From a virus: a stretch of 64,000 bases of DNA. Below, piece by piece: positions 39,522-50,541 of this stretch; the first letter of the stretch is position 1; every line of letters begins with the position of its first letter. The DNA lies in the IMG/VR virus record IMGVR_UViG_3300008267_000054, positions 52,440 to 116,439 of that record. One strand, given 5' to 3'. The notes beneath the pieces were generated by a model that had not been told where the DNA came from, ran no database searches, and was given only the letters and a program-made list of their open reading frames with translations. Both the position numbers and the translations under genes were made by a program.

Positions 39522-39815
39522 ATGACTAGGAAAGAACTTCAGGAAATCATTCAAGAAGAGTATGTTAATGTTAGACTCGAAGAAGGTCTACTTTCTTGGG
39601 CAAGTGGTGCAGCAGACAATCTTGTTTATGGTATCCTAAATAGAAGAGCGGATATTATGAATAGTAAGATTTTTGATGATCCAAAACTATTACAACTTGC
39701 CAAAGACCTTAAAATGAGTAAGAGTGATTTTGAAAAAAGGGTAACATCAATGTTATCAAAAGATAATAGATTTCTAAAAGCACTGGCAACAGTTAGAGCT
39801 AAGTACGTTAGATAA
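39522..39815 (+). CDS. hypothetical protein, MTRKELQEIIQEE leader
   Basis: 97-aa ORF with TATTTATA at 39504-11. Confidence 0.7.
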   Translation: MTRKELQEIIQEEYVNVRLEEGLLSWASGAADNLVYGILNRRADIMNSKIFDDPKLLQLAKDLKMSKSDFEKRVTSMLSKDNRFLKALATVRAKYVR

Positions 39816-42800
39816 TGGCATTAGACGCAGAAGAGTTTGACTTTGAGGGGTTAGGTAGTAAACTAACTAACACAATACTTGGGAGCTTTAATGAAGCTCT
39901 CGGGAAAATCAAATTTTCTACGATAGGCACCAGCTTAACGGCAGCTTTCAAAGAGGTTAAAATGTCCAAAGTAATTGAAGACAGTTTAACAAAGAGTAGC
40001 GAAGTTAAAGGTGCAATGAAAGACATTCAGAAAAAATTAGAGGATGGCTTTAATAAAATAAAATTTAAGGTAGGTGATATTACGGTACCTGAGTTACCAG
40101 AGCAAGTTGTCAAAGTAACTGCAGATACGTCCGAATTCAAATTACAAGATCAAAAACCAGTAGTAGTACCAGTACAGTATAAGTACGATAAATTCGAGCA
40201 ACAGAAGTTTGATCCAATAACTGTATCTGTTAAATATGAATATCCAAAACCTGAGTTACCAAAAACAGATCTTTTACAGGTAGGTGTTGAACCTGTTTAT
40301 GAAAAACTTGTACCACCAAAAGCACAAGATCTCCCAATAACATTAGTACCAGATACAACAAAGTTAGACGCAGTAAAGCCAACGATTGATACTGGACCAT
40401 TTGAAAAAGTTGGTGATTTGGTAAGAGAGTTCGTTAACCTAACTCAAGAAGCAAATAAGAAAACTAAAGTTACCTCAGAACTCTATTCTAAAATTGTTGG
40501 TATTGCTGAAAAGCTTGTAGCAACAAAAAGAATGGAAAAAGATGCTATTGATCAGATATTAGCTTCTTACCAACAAAAAATGGACATACCACAAGCTGAA
40601 ATTATGGCTGAGGTTGTTGATGTTGATACAAGCAAAGTTGCAGAAGCATCTACCGGTCCAATTGAAGTCGAAGCAAATGTTGGTAAAGTTGGAGGTGGAG
40701 ATTTTAGTAGCATTGAAAAGGCAATGACTGTGCTTATAGGTAAATTAGGTAAGCAACTACAATCCTTATTTAAAACATTTGACAATAAGAAGCTCAATAT
40801 AGCTATACCACCAACAGATCGATTAGATGATTACAAGATAAGCTACGATACTATATCTTCTGCTGTAGATGAATTAAAAACTGAGGTTGGAGAACTATCT
40901 AATCTTGAACTATTCCTATCAGTTTATAGCAAAGATACATACGACATTGTACAAAAGAGAATAGCTGTTGAGAATTTATTAGTAGGTAAAAAAAGGGAGG
41001 AGCTTGATATTGCTGCACAAGTGATTGGCTTAACTAACACGGCATCATTATCAGAATCACAGCTAAAAGCATTAATAGAGAGTAAGCTTGTTTCACTCCA
41101 CAAAGAAGTTGAGTTGAGAGGTTTAATAGTTAACGCTACAGAATCCTATAATACAGCAATACAACAATCTGATTTAGGTAAACTAACAGCGGAGCTTTCA
41201 AGTCAATTTGGTTTGATTGAGGATGAAGTTGCAGCAAAAGCAACTGTACTAGCTTTAGAGAATGAAAGAGTGACTGGCGTTAGAGCACTAACAGCAGAAC
41301 AGATAACTTTACTACAATCGGAGGATGGTGTATTAAATAAAAAGAAAGAGATCTTAAATGCTGATCAGGCATTATTGAATCTTAATAAAACAATAGTAGA
41401 GTCAAACAAAAAGATTGATCTTACTACACAAACACAACAACTAGCAAATCAATTATCTCTGTTATCAGAAGAAGCAAAGTTAAAAGCTGAATTGTTGTTA
41501 CAACAGAAACTTGTAAATGGTGAGGTAGCTGAGCTAACAAACTCAGAAAAATTATCAGTTGTGTTTCTTGACCAACAAGTAGCATCAAGTAAAAAGTTTG
41601 CAGATGCCTTAGCAAAAGTTGGACAAGGGCAAACTGAAATAAGCAATTTGGTTGAGGATCTCGGCTATGATAAAATAGTAGCCGAACTATCAATACAAAA
41701 GAGTTTAACAGAAGCAACAGTTGTTGCACAAGCAAAGAGCCTAATAGCTGCTAAAGTTGCCGCTGGTGAAGCTGCAAAACTGACTGATGAAGAGCTTTCA
41801 CAACTACAAGCACTAAATAATCAAATTAAGAGTAATCAGGAAATACTTGGATTAAAGCAGAGAATTGTTGAGGCAACAAACTCACTATTTAAAACAATGC
41901 AAGACGCAACTGCAGAAGCACTTGCTCTTGAGGGTCCAATGTATACACAGTTAGGCCTAACTCAGGATTTAACGAGAGAAAAAGCATTAGCAATTATACT
42001 CGATGGTCAAAGACGTGGTCTAACCACTGACGAGATTAATATGCAACTTCAATTATTAAAAAATGAAGATGATATATTACAGAAGACAAGAGAGCGAGTA
42101 AATGCATCAAAAGACCTAGAAGCGGCAGCAGACGCATATGCACAAGCAGTTAGACAAGCTGATGCAGACATACAAATAAAGAGTTTAATTGTAGCACTTC
42201 ATTTAACAGAAGATGAGGTAGCACAGGAAGCTAGATTACTTGCGTTAAAGAATCAGCAGGCAGCAGCCGCCGGCAAATTAACTAAACAGGAGTTAGAGCA
42301 AATAAAAGCCAACAACGGTTTACTTAATAGTCAAGTACAGCAGTTAAAGTTAAACAATCAAACATTAAGGCACAGAAGAGAAGAGGTAGAATTAGTTGAA
42401 CACGTTGCAGAGTATCAAAGAGAGGTAAATGAGGAATTAGAAAAATACTCAATGGGTTGGAAAAAGACAAAGGCAACGATGTCAGCAATCATTAAGGATC
42501 CAGCCTTTGCAAAAGGAGTGTTTTTAGCAGGTGCAATAACAAGTGTTGAGAAATTACACCACTCTATGCACGAGTTTATGGATGTTGGGATGACTGCTGG
42601 TGAGGGTGTAGCAGCAACATTCAAAACACTCTCCGTCGAATCTGTTATGGGTTTGAGTAAGAGCAAAGACGTACTTACCAGTATGGTTCAAGAAACTGGT
42701 AATATGAATACCTTAAATAAGGACCAACTAAACTCAGTTGGTAAAATAGCTGCAAGTTATGGTCTTGCCGGTGATGAAGCTTTTGGTTTGTCAATGGCAA

Positions 42801-44653
42801 TATCAAGAATGCCAGGTGAAACAAAAGATACAGCTGCTAATTTTGATAAAACTGTAGCAAGTGTAGCAAAAATGAAAGGTGTGATGCCGTCTCAGGTAAT
42901 GAAAGAGATGGCAAAAAACACAGGCAATATGGCATTATTCAGCAAGGGTGGTGCAGAAGGTTTTGCCAAAGCCGCAGCAACAGCTAAAAAAATGGGTATT
43001 GAGGTTTCTTCAATGGCAAAAGCTGCTGAAGGATTATTGGATTTTGAAAATAGTATCAATAAGCAGATGGAGGCGTCTGTCTTACTAGGTAGAGAAATAA
43101 ATCTTGATAAAGCAAGAGAACTAGCTCTGTCAGGTGATTTGGAAGGTGCAACCCAAGAAATAGTTAGAAATGCTGGAGGTGCAGCTGCATTCGATAAAAT
43201 GAATGTACTACAAAAGAAAGCATTGGCTGAGGCAGCAGGTTTAACTGTTGAAGAACTACAAAAAGCAGCAAAAGCACAACAAGATGGTACCGCTGCAACA
43301 CAAGATCAAGCAAACTCAGCCGAAGAGGGACTTGGAAAAGTATTAAAGCTGGGTGGTGGTCTTGTAACCGGCTTTGGAGCAATTGCACCAATGCTTATGA
43401 CTATTACAAGTTTAATGAGTATAATGAACTCCGGTACTGCCTTAGGTGGTATGATTAAAGGTATGTCTAACTTTGCTGGCTCAACTTTTGAAGCAATAAA
43501 AGGTCTAACTAAAATGGTAGCCTTAAATGTTGGTAAAGCACTTGGATTTGGTGAAGGTTCAAAAGAAAAAGCTGGTGGTATACTTAGTAAGGCCTTTGGT
43601 AAGAAAACACCTGAATTACCAAAACCTGAAGCACCAGCAGCCGGAGGTGGAGCAGGTCCAGCAGACAAGGCAGATAAATTGAGTAAAATAAACGCAGGCT
43701 CATTACTAAAAGGTGCAGCAGCAATGTTAGTTGCAGCAGCAGCAATTTATGTTTTCGCAAAGGCAGTACAGGAATTAGATAAAGTAAAAGACTGGAAAAA
43801 TGTTGCGATAGGACTAGGTCTATTTGCAGCATCAATGGCAATAACAGCAGGAATATTATCACTAGCAGGACCAGGAATTGCAATAGCAAGCTTGGCATTA
43901 ATACCTTTTGGTTTAGCTTTAATGATGTTTGCTAAAGCCATCGATATAGCAGCACCAGCAATAACAATGTTGGGAGCAGCATTTGGATCCTTTGTAGAGA
44001 TTGTTAGTAAAAATATAGGTGGATTTATTGCGGTTGCTTTAGGTTTACCATTACTAGCAGCAGGTATTACAACACTAGGAATAGCATCTATATTTGCATT
44101 ACCAGCAGCAGGAGCACTTACCATACTTGGAATTGGTATAGCAGCTTTTGGTAAGTTGGCTGGAGCAGCTGCTCCAGGTATCGTTGCAGTCGCGACTTCG
44201 TTAGCAGGTATATCGAAAGTTGATCCAGTTAATTTTAAGAGTATTGGTGACGGCCTACTACATATAGCAAAGGGATTAGGAGCAATAGGATTGTCAGGCT
44301 TATTAGCATTGCCTGTACTTAGCATGCTTGGCAGTATGTCGGCATTTGGTGGAGCACCTACTACACCTACCACACCGGCAACAACTACACCAAAGGCAGA
44401 AGCAAAAGCAGTTGCACCTGCACCAACTACGCCAATAGCAGCTCCGGCAGCAGCCGCAGCAGCCCCAGCAACAACAACAGCAACACCTGCAGCTGCACCA
44501 AAAGCAGAGGCTGGTGGAGATATGAAAGCGTTGATGGGTAAAATGGATCAGCTAATAGCAGTATTGCAAGCAGGTGGAACGATACAAATGGATGGTAAGA
44601 AGGTTGCAGACATAGTACAACGTAATATACGAACAGTAAAATTCGCTGATTAA
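39815..44653 (+). CDS. tape measure protein
   Basis: 1612 aa, helical and Ala-rich; hydrophobic G/A-rich segments; C-terminal IQMDGKKV; follows tube and chaperones. Confidence 0.88.
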   Translation: MALDAEEFDFEGLGSKLTNTILGSFNEALGKIKFSTIGTSLTAAFKEVKMSKVIEDSLTKSSEVKGAMKDIQKKLEDGFNKIKFKVGDITVPELPEQVVKVTADTSEFKLQDQKPVVVPVQYKYDKFEQQKFDPITVSVKYEYPKPELPKTDLLQVGVEPVYEKLVPPKAQDLPITLVPDTTKLDAVKPTIDTGPFEKVGDLVREFVNLTQEANKKTKVTSELYSKIVGIAEKLVATKRMEKDAIDQILASYQQKMDIPQAEIMAEVVDVDTSKVAEASTGPIEVEANVGKVGGGDFSSIEKAMTVLIGKLGKQLQSLFKTFDNKKLNIAIPPTDRLDDYKISYDTISSAVDELKTEVGELSNLELFLSVYSKDTYDIVQKRIAVENLLVGKKREELDIAAQVIGLTNTASLSESQLKALIESKLVSLHKEVELRGLIVNATESYNTAIQQSDLGKLTAELSSQFGLIEDEVAAKATVLALENERVTGVRALTAEQITLLQSEDGVLNKKKEILNADQALLNLNKTIVESNKKIDLTTQTQQLANQLSLLSEEAKLKAELLLQQKLVNGEVAELTNSEKLSVVFLDQQVASSKKFADALAKVGQGQTEISNLVEDLGYDKIVAELSIQKSLTEATVVAQAKSLIAAKVAAGEAAKLTDEELSQLQALNNQIKSNQEILGLKQRIVEATNSLFKTMQDATAEALALEGPMYTQLGLTQDLTREKALAIILDGQRRGLTTDEINMQLQLLKNEDDILQKTRERVNASKDLEAAADAYAQAVRQADADIQIKSLIVALHLTEDEVAQEARLLALKNQQAAAAGKLTKQELEQIKANNGLLNSQVQQLKLNNQTLRHRREEVELVEHVAEYQREVNEELEKYSMGWKKTKATMSAIIKDPAFAKGVFLAGAITSVEKLHHSMHEFMDVGMTAGEGVAATFKTLSVESVMGLSKSKDVLTSMVQETGNMNTLNKDQLNSVGKIAASYGLAGDEAFGLSMAISRMPGETKDTAANFDKTVASVAKMKGVMPSQVMKEMAKNTGNMALFSKGGAEGFAKAAATAKKMGIEVSSMAKAAEGLLDFENSINKQMEASVLLGREINLDKARELALSGDLEGATQEIVRNAGGAAAFDKMNVLQKKALAEAAGLTVEELQKAAKAQQDGTAATQDQANSAEEGLGKVLKLGGGLVTGFGAIAPMLMTITSLMSIMNSGTALGGMIKGMSNFAGSTFEAIKGLTKMVALNVGKALGFGEGSKEKAGGILSKAFGKKTPELPKPEAPAAGGGAGPADKADKLSKINAGSLLKGAAAMLVAAAAIYVFAKAVQELDKVKDWKNVAIGLGLFAASMAITAGILSLAGPGIAIASLALIPFGLALMMFAKAIDIAAPAITMLGAAFGSFVEIVSKNIGGFIAVALGLPLLAAGITTLGIASIFALPAAGALTILGIGIAAFGKLAGAAAPGIVAVATSLAGISKVDPVNFKSIGDGLLHIAKGLGAIGLSGLLALPVLSMLGSMSAFGGAPTTPTTPATTTPKAEAKAVAPAPTTPIAAPAAAAAAPATTTATPAAAPKAEAGGDMKALMGKMDQLIAVLQAGGTIQMDGKKVADIVQRNIRTVKFAD

Positions 44654-47600
44654 TGGCTAAACTATTTGCAAATAAATTCGATTTAGATAGACTACCGGAA
44701 CCAAAGAAACCTAGTGGTGACATTAATCAGGGAAGTGTGGTTATTAATAGAACTACGTCTGAAAATAAAATAACAGACCCTAATATACAAACACAGTTAG
44801 TTGATCAAGGCAGTAAGATTACTGATCCTAAACTTGACATAAAACCAATTGATCAGGGAAGCAAGATAACTAATCCCGAAACTAAAGTTGATTTAGTAGA
44901 TCAAGGTGATAAGATAACTAATCCAAATATAGAAGTACAAAAAGTTATATCTGGTGAATTAATTACTAATCCTAATATTCGCATTGAACCGGTTGAACCA
45001 ACTCAATTAGAAACACAAGCACTGAACAGTAGATTGAGAGAGGTTGATAATGAGAAGCAGGGTATATTGACTAGTGATCAGATACTTGAAAGACAGGGTG
45101 TTAGAAAAAGTTCAGCTGGTGAATATGTGAGCTCTGTGAAAGTGGAGCCGTTTGGAACTAACCCAGTTAACCAAGGTGGCATTAGCGTTGTAAGAGCAAC
45201 AGAACCACAAGACAAGATTAGCAATGTTGAAGTGAGTAAGGTTGATCAGGGTAGTAAAATTGTAGATCCAAAGATTGAAACTAAACTAGTTGATCAAGGT
45301 GAACAAATAGTTAATCCAAATACTCAAGTTCAAAAAGTAATTGCTAATGAGCTTATAACTAATCCAAACTTAGAGATCAAACCTATTGAACAAGGAGATC
45401 GAACAGTAAATCCAAACACAACTGTACAGAAAATACAGCCTGGAGATAGGATTGTAAATCCTAATATAGAGGTTAGTCCGGTTAATGCTAATGAATTAAT
45501 TATAAATCCAAATACAATTATACAAAGAGTTGTAGCGGATGAGCTTATAACTAATCCTAACATACAACCAATATTAACAAAACCAGTTGATCCAAATGTA
45601 CAAGTACCAAACAATGTAGTCGGAGTTGGTACAACAATTCTATTTCCACGAAGCATATCGTTAAAGAATAGATTAGAGCAGTCTGATTTAGGTACAACAA
45701 GACACTTACCGGAGTATCTTTTATCAGACTTAAACACCGGCATAATTGATATAACAAGTCAAAATTTAATACCAAAAACATCACAAGTAGATGTACAAAA
45801 AATCAGCTACCAGGACACTGTCTTAAAACAAGGAGGTATCGAAACAATATTAAATGATGTTGTTAGTATTGTTAATCCTTTTAAATTTGGACAAACTGAG
45901 GTTGAGCAAGGTAGCGTTACTATTAAGAATTTACAAACCGTAATAAAAAAGACTAGTCCGGTTGAGATTAAGAAAGTTGCAGTTGGTGAACGTACGATTG
46001 ACCCAAAAACCGAAATAGTAAAAGTAAAATCAGGGGAGCGTACAGTTGATCCAAAAACAAAAATAAAACCAATAGTAGCAGGAGAAAGAACAACTGATCC
46101 AAATACAAAAGTTGTAGCTATTAAACCAGGTGAACGCACCATAGATCCAAAAACAAAAATAAATCCTATCATACCAGGAGAAAGAACAACCGATCCTGAT
46201 ATCAAGATACCATTAGTACAACCTGGAGAAAGGACTATTGATCCCAAGATTGAGATTAAACCCATTGCAGTAGGAGAAAGAACTATTGATCCTAAAATAG
46301 TAATACAACCAATCACACCGGGTGAAAGAACAACTGATCCACAATTAGAAATTAAACCAATTGTAGCTGGGGAAAGAACGTTTGATCCAATGTTGGAGAT
46401 ACCATTGATTGAACCAGGTGATAGAACTATTGATCCAAAAACAGTAGTAAGACCGGTAGAACCAGGTGAAAGGACAACGATTGTAGAAAATAGACTTTAC
46501 CTATTCCCACAATCAGATGATAAAATATTTTACACTCAAGAACCTGAGGTATTTGTAAACACATATGATATATTTCCAAGTGATGGATATATCCCATTAA
46601 CAAGTGATGGAAGATTCAATGAGTATAGTACAGACCTAGCGTATGTCTCTGCACTTAATAGTCTACAATTAACGGAGAATGGTCAAACAAAATTAAAAAG
46701 TGCAATACAACCCAATGACTTACCTGGACAGGGAACATATCAGGAAGTTGTATTGGGTGGGGCAGCTGATAGTTCGGGTGTAATATTTTGGTCACACAAT
46801 ACTGATCCAATAAAAATACTTAAACCAAATGGTGGTGCAAGTAGGTACAATCAAGTTGATGCTTATGTACAACGTGGTACTGGTGTACTATCCAATGAAA
46901 GTAAATTAAAAACAGCTGGATCTGAGGATGCACCAGCATATGTTGAAGAAATAGCTATAGAAGGTGGATTTACTGATTTAGTAAAACCACTAAACTTCCC
47001 ACCAGCACAGCATGGTGATCCAACACTACCTGGTGGTTATAGGTTGTTAAACTATGGTGAGATACAAAGACGTAGAGAGAGTGGTGAAGGTAGAAATCTT
47101 GACTTTACATACAATTTAGGTGACATTAAATTGGATCCATATCCACAACGAATTGGAATGCCTGACCGTGGTGCTGATACATTAAATACAGCATACAATA
47201 AAACAGGAAATGATTTTGTTGCAATGAAGTTTGAATCTGTTAGAGATAGTGTAACAATACAGTTTAGATCTTTCTTAAAAGGATTTACAGACAACTACAC
47301 AGCCAACTATACCGATGTAAACTATGTAGGTAGACCTGATACACTCAAAGTATTTAAAGGTACTACAAGACAGTTAAGCATATCTTTTACAGTGCCAGTA
47401 TTTAGTGAGGATGAGATTAAGGTTGTCTATGAAAAGTTAGAAGAGTTAATAAAAATATCATCAATTGGTAAACGAGATGGTATATATATGCAAGGACCAT
47501 TTTTAAGAATGACTGTTGGTGGATGGTGTAAAAGGACACCTATAATTGTTAGCTCACTTAAATTTGAAACAAATCCAACAGAATATACGTGGGATATCGA

Positions 47601-47712
47601 AAGAGAAATACCACAAATAGTTGAAGTTAGTATGGATTGTACAGCTCTATCCGACAACACTGGAAAAGGATTCTTACAAGAAGGAACATTTATACAATAC
47701 GGTAATAGATAA
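44653..47712 (+). CDS. baseplate tube-initiator-like protein (C-terminal domain) with long 16-aa repeat region
   Basis: C-terminal IQFRSFL..FTDNY.ANY..VNYVGR...ISF...LRMTVG tube-fold pattern; three blocks of repeats. Confidence 0.65.
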   Translation: MAKLFANKFDLDRLPEPKKPSGDINQGSVVINRTTSENKITDPNIQTQLVDQGSKITDPKLDIKPIDQGSKITNPETKVDLVDQGDKITNPNIEVQKVISGELITNPNIRIEPVEPTQLETQALNSRLREVDNEKQGILTSDQILERQGVRKSSAGEYVSSVKVEPFGTNPVNQGGISVVRATEPQDKISNVEVSKVDQGSKIVDPKIETKLVDQGEQIVNPNTQVQKVIANELITNPNLEIKPIEQGDRTVNPNTTVQKIQPGDRIVNPNIEVSPVNANELIINPNTIIQRVVADELITNPNIQPILTKPVDPNVQVPNNVVGVGTTILFPRSISLKNRLEQSDLGTTRHLPEYLLSDLNTGIIDITSQNLIPKTSQVDVQKISYQDTVLKQGGIETILNDVVSIVNPFKFGQTEVEQGSVTIKNLQTVIKKTSPVEIKKVAVGERTIDPKTEIVKVKSGERTVDPKTKIKPIVAGERTTDPNTKVVAIKPGERTIDPKTKINPIIPGERTTDPDIKIPLVQPGERTIDPKIEIKPIAVGERTIDPKIVIQPITPGERTTDPQLEIKPIVAGERTFDPMLEIPLIEPGDRTIDPKTVVRPVEPGERTTIVENRLYLFPQSDDKIFYTQEPEVFVNTYDIFPSDGYIPLTSDGRFNEYSTDLAYVSALNSLQLTENGQTKLKSAIQPNDLPGQGTYQEVVLGGAADSSGVIFWSHNTDPIKILKPNGGASRYNQVDAYVQRGTGVLSNESKLKTAGSEDAPAYVEEIAIEGGFTDLVKPLNFPPAQHGDPTLPGGYRLLNYGEIQRRRESGEGRNLDFTYNLGDIKLDPYPQRIGMPDRGADTLNTAYNKTGNDFVAMKFESVRDSVTIQFRSFLKGFTDNYTANYTDVNYVGRPDTLKVFKGTTRQLSISFTVPVFSEDEIKVVYEKLEELIKISSIGKRDGIYMQGPFLRMTVGGWCKRTPIIVSSLKFETNPTEYTWDIEREIPQIVEVSMDCTALSDNTGKGFLQEGTFIQYGNR
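45985..46480 (+). repeat. tandem 48-nt (16-aa) coding repeat GERTxDPxxxIxPIxx, about 10 copies
   Basis: Read directly from the translation; related blocks at about 44767-45000 and 45255-45570. Confidence 0.9.
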
Positions 47713-47715
47713 GCA

Positions 47716-48015
47716 ATGATAAGTAGATATTCATTTAGCAAGCTAAATAAGAACACAGCTGGTAAACAAGTTTATACTAGTTTAAGCTTTCCAATAATTG
47801 AAGAGCAAGAAACAGACACATACATTATAACAAATAGTGCTGATAGGCTTGATAGTCTGGCTTATAAGTTCTATGGTGATGCAAAGTACTGGTGGGTATT
47901 AGCAATGGTAAATAATTTAGGTAAAGGAACTTTGGTTGTTGAAGGTGGTATACAATTAAGAATACCAGCTAATCCGTCAGATATAGTTAATTTACTAAAA
48001 GAAGAAAATCAGTAA
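47716..48015 (+). CDS. LysM-like baseplate wedge protein (gp53/tail X-like)
   Basis: DRLDSLAYKFYGDAKYWWVLAMVN...G.QLRIP motif. Confidence 0.85.
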   Translation: MISRYSFSKLNKNTAGKQVYTSLSFPIIEEQETDTYIITNSADRLDSLAYKFYGDAKYWWVLAMVNNLGKGTLVVEGGIQLRIPANPSDIVNLLKEENQ

Positions 48016-48016
48016 T

Positions 48017-49903
48017 ATGGGTGTGTTTTCGTCAAAAGCCGTTCCAAGCAGTGTGCAAAGTGAACTAAATGCAAGAGCTTCAATACAAGCTAGTGACGCT
48101 TGGTTTGCATCAAGAGTTAATTGGGTTCACATTATGAGTTTTTGTGATGGTTGTAGTTCTACTAATGTAGAGCAATTATATTCCCTGAAGTCTTTAAATA
48201 TATACCAAGATGGTGGTACTTTTAGCGGACAGAGGCCTACACCTATTGTTGAATCTATTCAAGTTAAAGCACAGGGAAATCTTGGAACAACAAGATCCTG
48301 TACCATAAAGATAATTGCATTCACACAAGCACAGCTAGATGAGTTAACAGCTTGTTATGGTATACCAAGTATGAGTGTGAGAGTTCAATTTGGTTGGAAT
48401 AAAGGAGCCAATGATACTAGTGCACCAAGTCCATTAATTGGTGTTATGACAGATAATGAAGCTATTGGTGCAATAAATGATCGCAGATCAACATTTGCTA
48501 ATTACGATGGTCTTCAGGGTCTTGTGGGTAAGTGGAGTATTAATTTTGTAAAGGAGTCTATGTGGTGGGAATTTACTTTAGATCTCATGGCAGCATCATC
48601 ACCAGTATTATCAAGACCGTTAGAAGATTTTACAAGCCAATGTTATTGTGATAGAGTAGCGCAAGGTAGTGAGGATACTGAAAAAGTTAGTCAAGGAACA
48701 TCCGCTCTCAGAGCAAAGCTAATTCAATACATAGAAAAGCCAGATACTAAAGAGGAGGGTGTTTACAAGATACAACTAAACCACAGCGAGAGAGATCAAC
48801 TTGGAGCCTACGCAGGTGGGTTGATGGGCAAATTAGCTTCAAAGATTGGTGTTACCTTAGATACAAAAGAAGCATACATATCGTTTGGAAAATTGCAAAA
48901 GATAGTAAACGATTACTCTTTTTCACAAGCAGCAGGTAAATCATTAATGGCTATTATAGACTCAACTACTTATGGCACAATATCATATAAATCACCGGGA
49001 TACACATCAGATCCTGATATATGCATATATCCAGGTATTGATCAACCTAATGATGGAGGACTAGATGGTATTAAGAATGTACCAACTTGCAAAGTAACCG
49101 ATGGAGTGGATATTAATAAAGTACTATTAAATTGCATATTTCTTAATAAATGTATTGAGGACATTGGTAAACAAGGTACACTGCAAGATTTCTTTGAAAA
49201 AGTGTTTAATGGAATGAATCAAGCAGCTGGAGGTATATACGAGCTTAGTCTTGTTGATAATGGTGGTGAAACAAAATCTAAAGTACCAATCTTAACAGCC
49301 ATTGATCTTCAGAAGTTTAAAAAGGAAGTTGCTGTATATGAACTAAAGGCTGGTCCAACAAGTGCTGTTATAAGAGATATTAAATTGGATCTCAAACTAA
49401 CAGATGCAATGAAAGCACAGGCATTGTACGCTGGAGTGAGAAAGAATTCAAATAGTAGTCCATGTGATGAGGCTCGTTTTAGAAATGAACTAAAGGGATC
49501 AATTAATAAGACACTACCAAGCCCAGTAACACCACCCAAATCAGATTGTGGAACGGAGTGCAAAACTAAAGAAGAACACGAAGCTGAAAAGTCATTGGCA
49601 GACGATTATAAGGATATGTTGTCAGATACAAATGATGTATCTAAAGAAACAATTAGATCGAGGTTAGTTGAAGAATATAATAAGAACGCTGAAAAGGATT
49701 TATGTAAGGATGTGATAGTACCTTATGAGTTTTCCTTTACTGTTGATGGTATTGGTGGCTTTGCATTTGGTCAACTAGTTACTTGCAACCTCCTTCCGGA
49801 AAAAGTTAAAACAACTTACGTATATCAAATAACTGCTGTTGAGCACAGTATAACCTATGGCGACTGGACAACAACTGTAAACACAGTAGCAAGATACAAA
49901 TAA
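48017..49903 (+). CDS. baseplate hub protein (gp27/late-control-D-like), putative
   Basis: 628 aa; VQFGW; C-terminal FTVDGIGG..FGQ...YQITAVEHSI..DWTT; synteny. Confidence 0.6.
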   Translation: MGVFSSKAVPSSVQSELNARASIQASDAWFASRVNWVHIMSFCDGCSSTNVEQLYSLKSLNIYQDGGTFSGQRPTPIVESIQVKAQGNLGTTRSCTIKIIAFTQAQLDELTACYGIPSMSVRVQFGWNKGANDTSAPSPLIGVMTDNEAIGAINDRRSTFANYDGLQGLVGKWSINFVKESMWWEFTLDLMAASSPVLSRPLEDFTSQCYCDRVAQGSEDTEKVSQGTSALRAKLIQYIEKPDTKEEGVYKIQLNHSERDQLGAYAGGLMGKLASKIGVTLDTKEAYISFGKLQKIVNDYSFSQAAGKSLMAIIDSTTYGTISYKSPGYTSDPDICIYPGIDQPNDGGLDGIKNVPTCKVTDGVDINKVLLNCIFLNKCIEDIGKQGTLQDFFEKVFNGMNQAAGGIYELSLVDNGGETKSKVPILTAIDLQKFKKEVAVYELKAGPTSAVIRDIKLDLKLTDAMKAQALYAGVRKNSNSSPCDEARFRNELKGSINKTLPSPVTPPKSDCGTECKTKEEHEAEKSLADDYKDMLSDTNDVSKETIRSRLVEEYNKNAEKDLCKDVIVPYEFSFTVDGIGGFAFGQLVTCNLLPEKVKTTYVYQITAVEHSITYGDWTTTVNTVARYK

Positions 49904-49904
49904 T

Positions 49905-50510
49905 ATGGCAAAGGACTTAAAACCAAGCCAGTATGGCCTAAACACTAGAAACAAGAGAACCTATTTATATACAAAAGGTTTTGAGTATTCTTTGGATGGC
50001 AACAATTACATTGGGGAATATCACATACAAGGTTCCTCTGTCAAAACCGGTCCAGTTCCTTCACCGGAAAGCATTGTTTTAAGAAAGTATTATTCAGATC
50101 CACTTGTTTATCAATATGACAAGGCAAGAGGTTTTCCAAAAAGACCAAGAATAGAACCCAATCAGATAGTTTGGTCACCAATAGAAACTAACTATAAAAC
50201 TGGATTTGCAACTAGATACTTTGTTGAGAGAATAGCGAAGTTTGAGAGCTATCCAATAGAAATAGATGATGAACAAGCATCGGCATATGGTAAAGATGAT
50301 GGAATAGATGAAGGACTATATAGTTTGCTAAAGTTAACATGGAAGCTTACTGGATCAGAAAGAAATATTTACAGAAATAATGAATTATATGCTGAAGGTA
50401 TTTTTGAATACAACCAACGGCAGGTAATATTGGGAACTAGAGTTATACCCAACATAGAATCAGCTATAAAAAATTATACAGAGTATGCTCGCATAACTCT
50501 ACGTAGTTGA
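49905..50510 (+). CDS. hypothetical baseplate-region protein
   Basis: 201 aa; LYTKG.EY..DG..YIG.YH and RYF motifs. Confidence 0.7.
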   Translation: MAKDLKPSQYGLNTRNKRTYLYTKGFEYSLDGNNYIGEYHIQGSSVKTGPVPSPESIVLRKYYSDPLVYQYDKARGFPKRPRIEPNQIVWSPIETNYKTGFATRYFVERIAKFESYPIEIDDEQASAYGKDDGIDEGLYSLLKLTWKLTGSERNIYRNNELYAEGIFEYNQRQVILGTRVIPNIESAIKNYTEYARITLRS

Positions 50511-50535
50511 TTTATAAGAAAAAATAACCTATATT
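50507..50535 (+). promoter_or_regulatory. Bacteroidota-type promoter (TTG-N20-TATATT)
   Basis: TTG 50507-09 and TATATT 50530-35, upstream of the polymerase. Confidence 0.55.
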
Positions 50536-50541
50536 GTAGTT

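Noticed and set aside
45985-46480. Regular 48-nt repeats resembling a CRISPR array
   Set aside because: In-frame coding repeats that vary at synonymous positions; no invariant repeat with unique spacers and no cas genes
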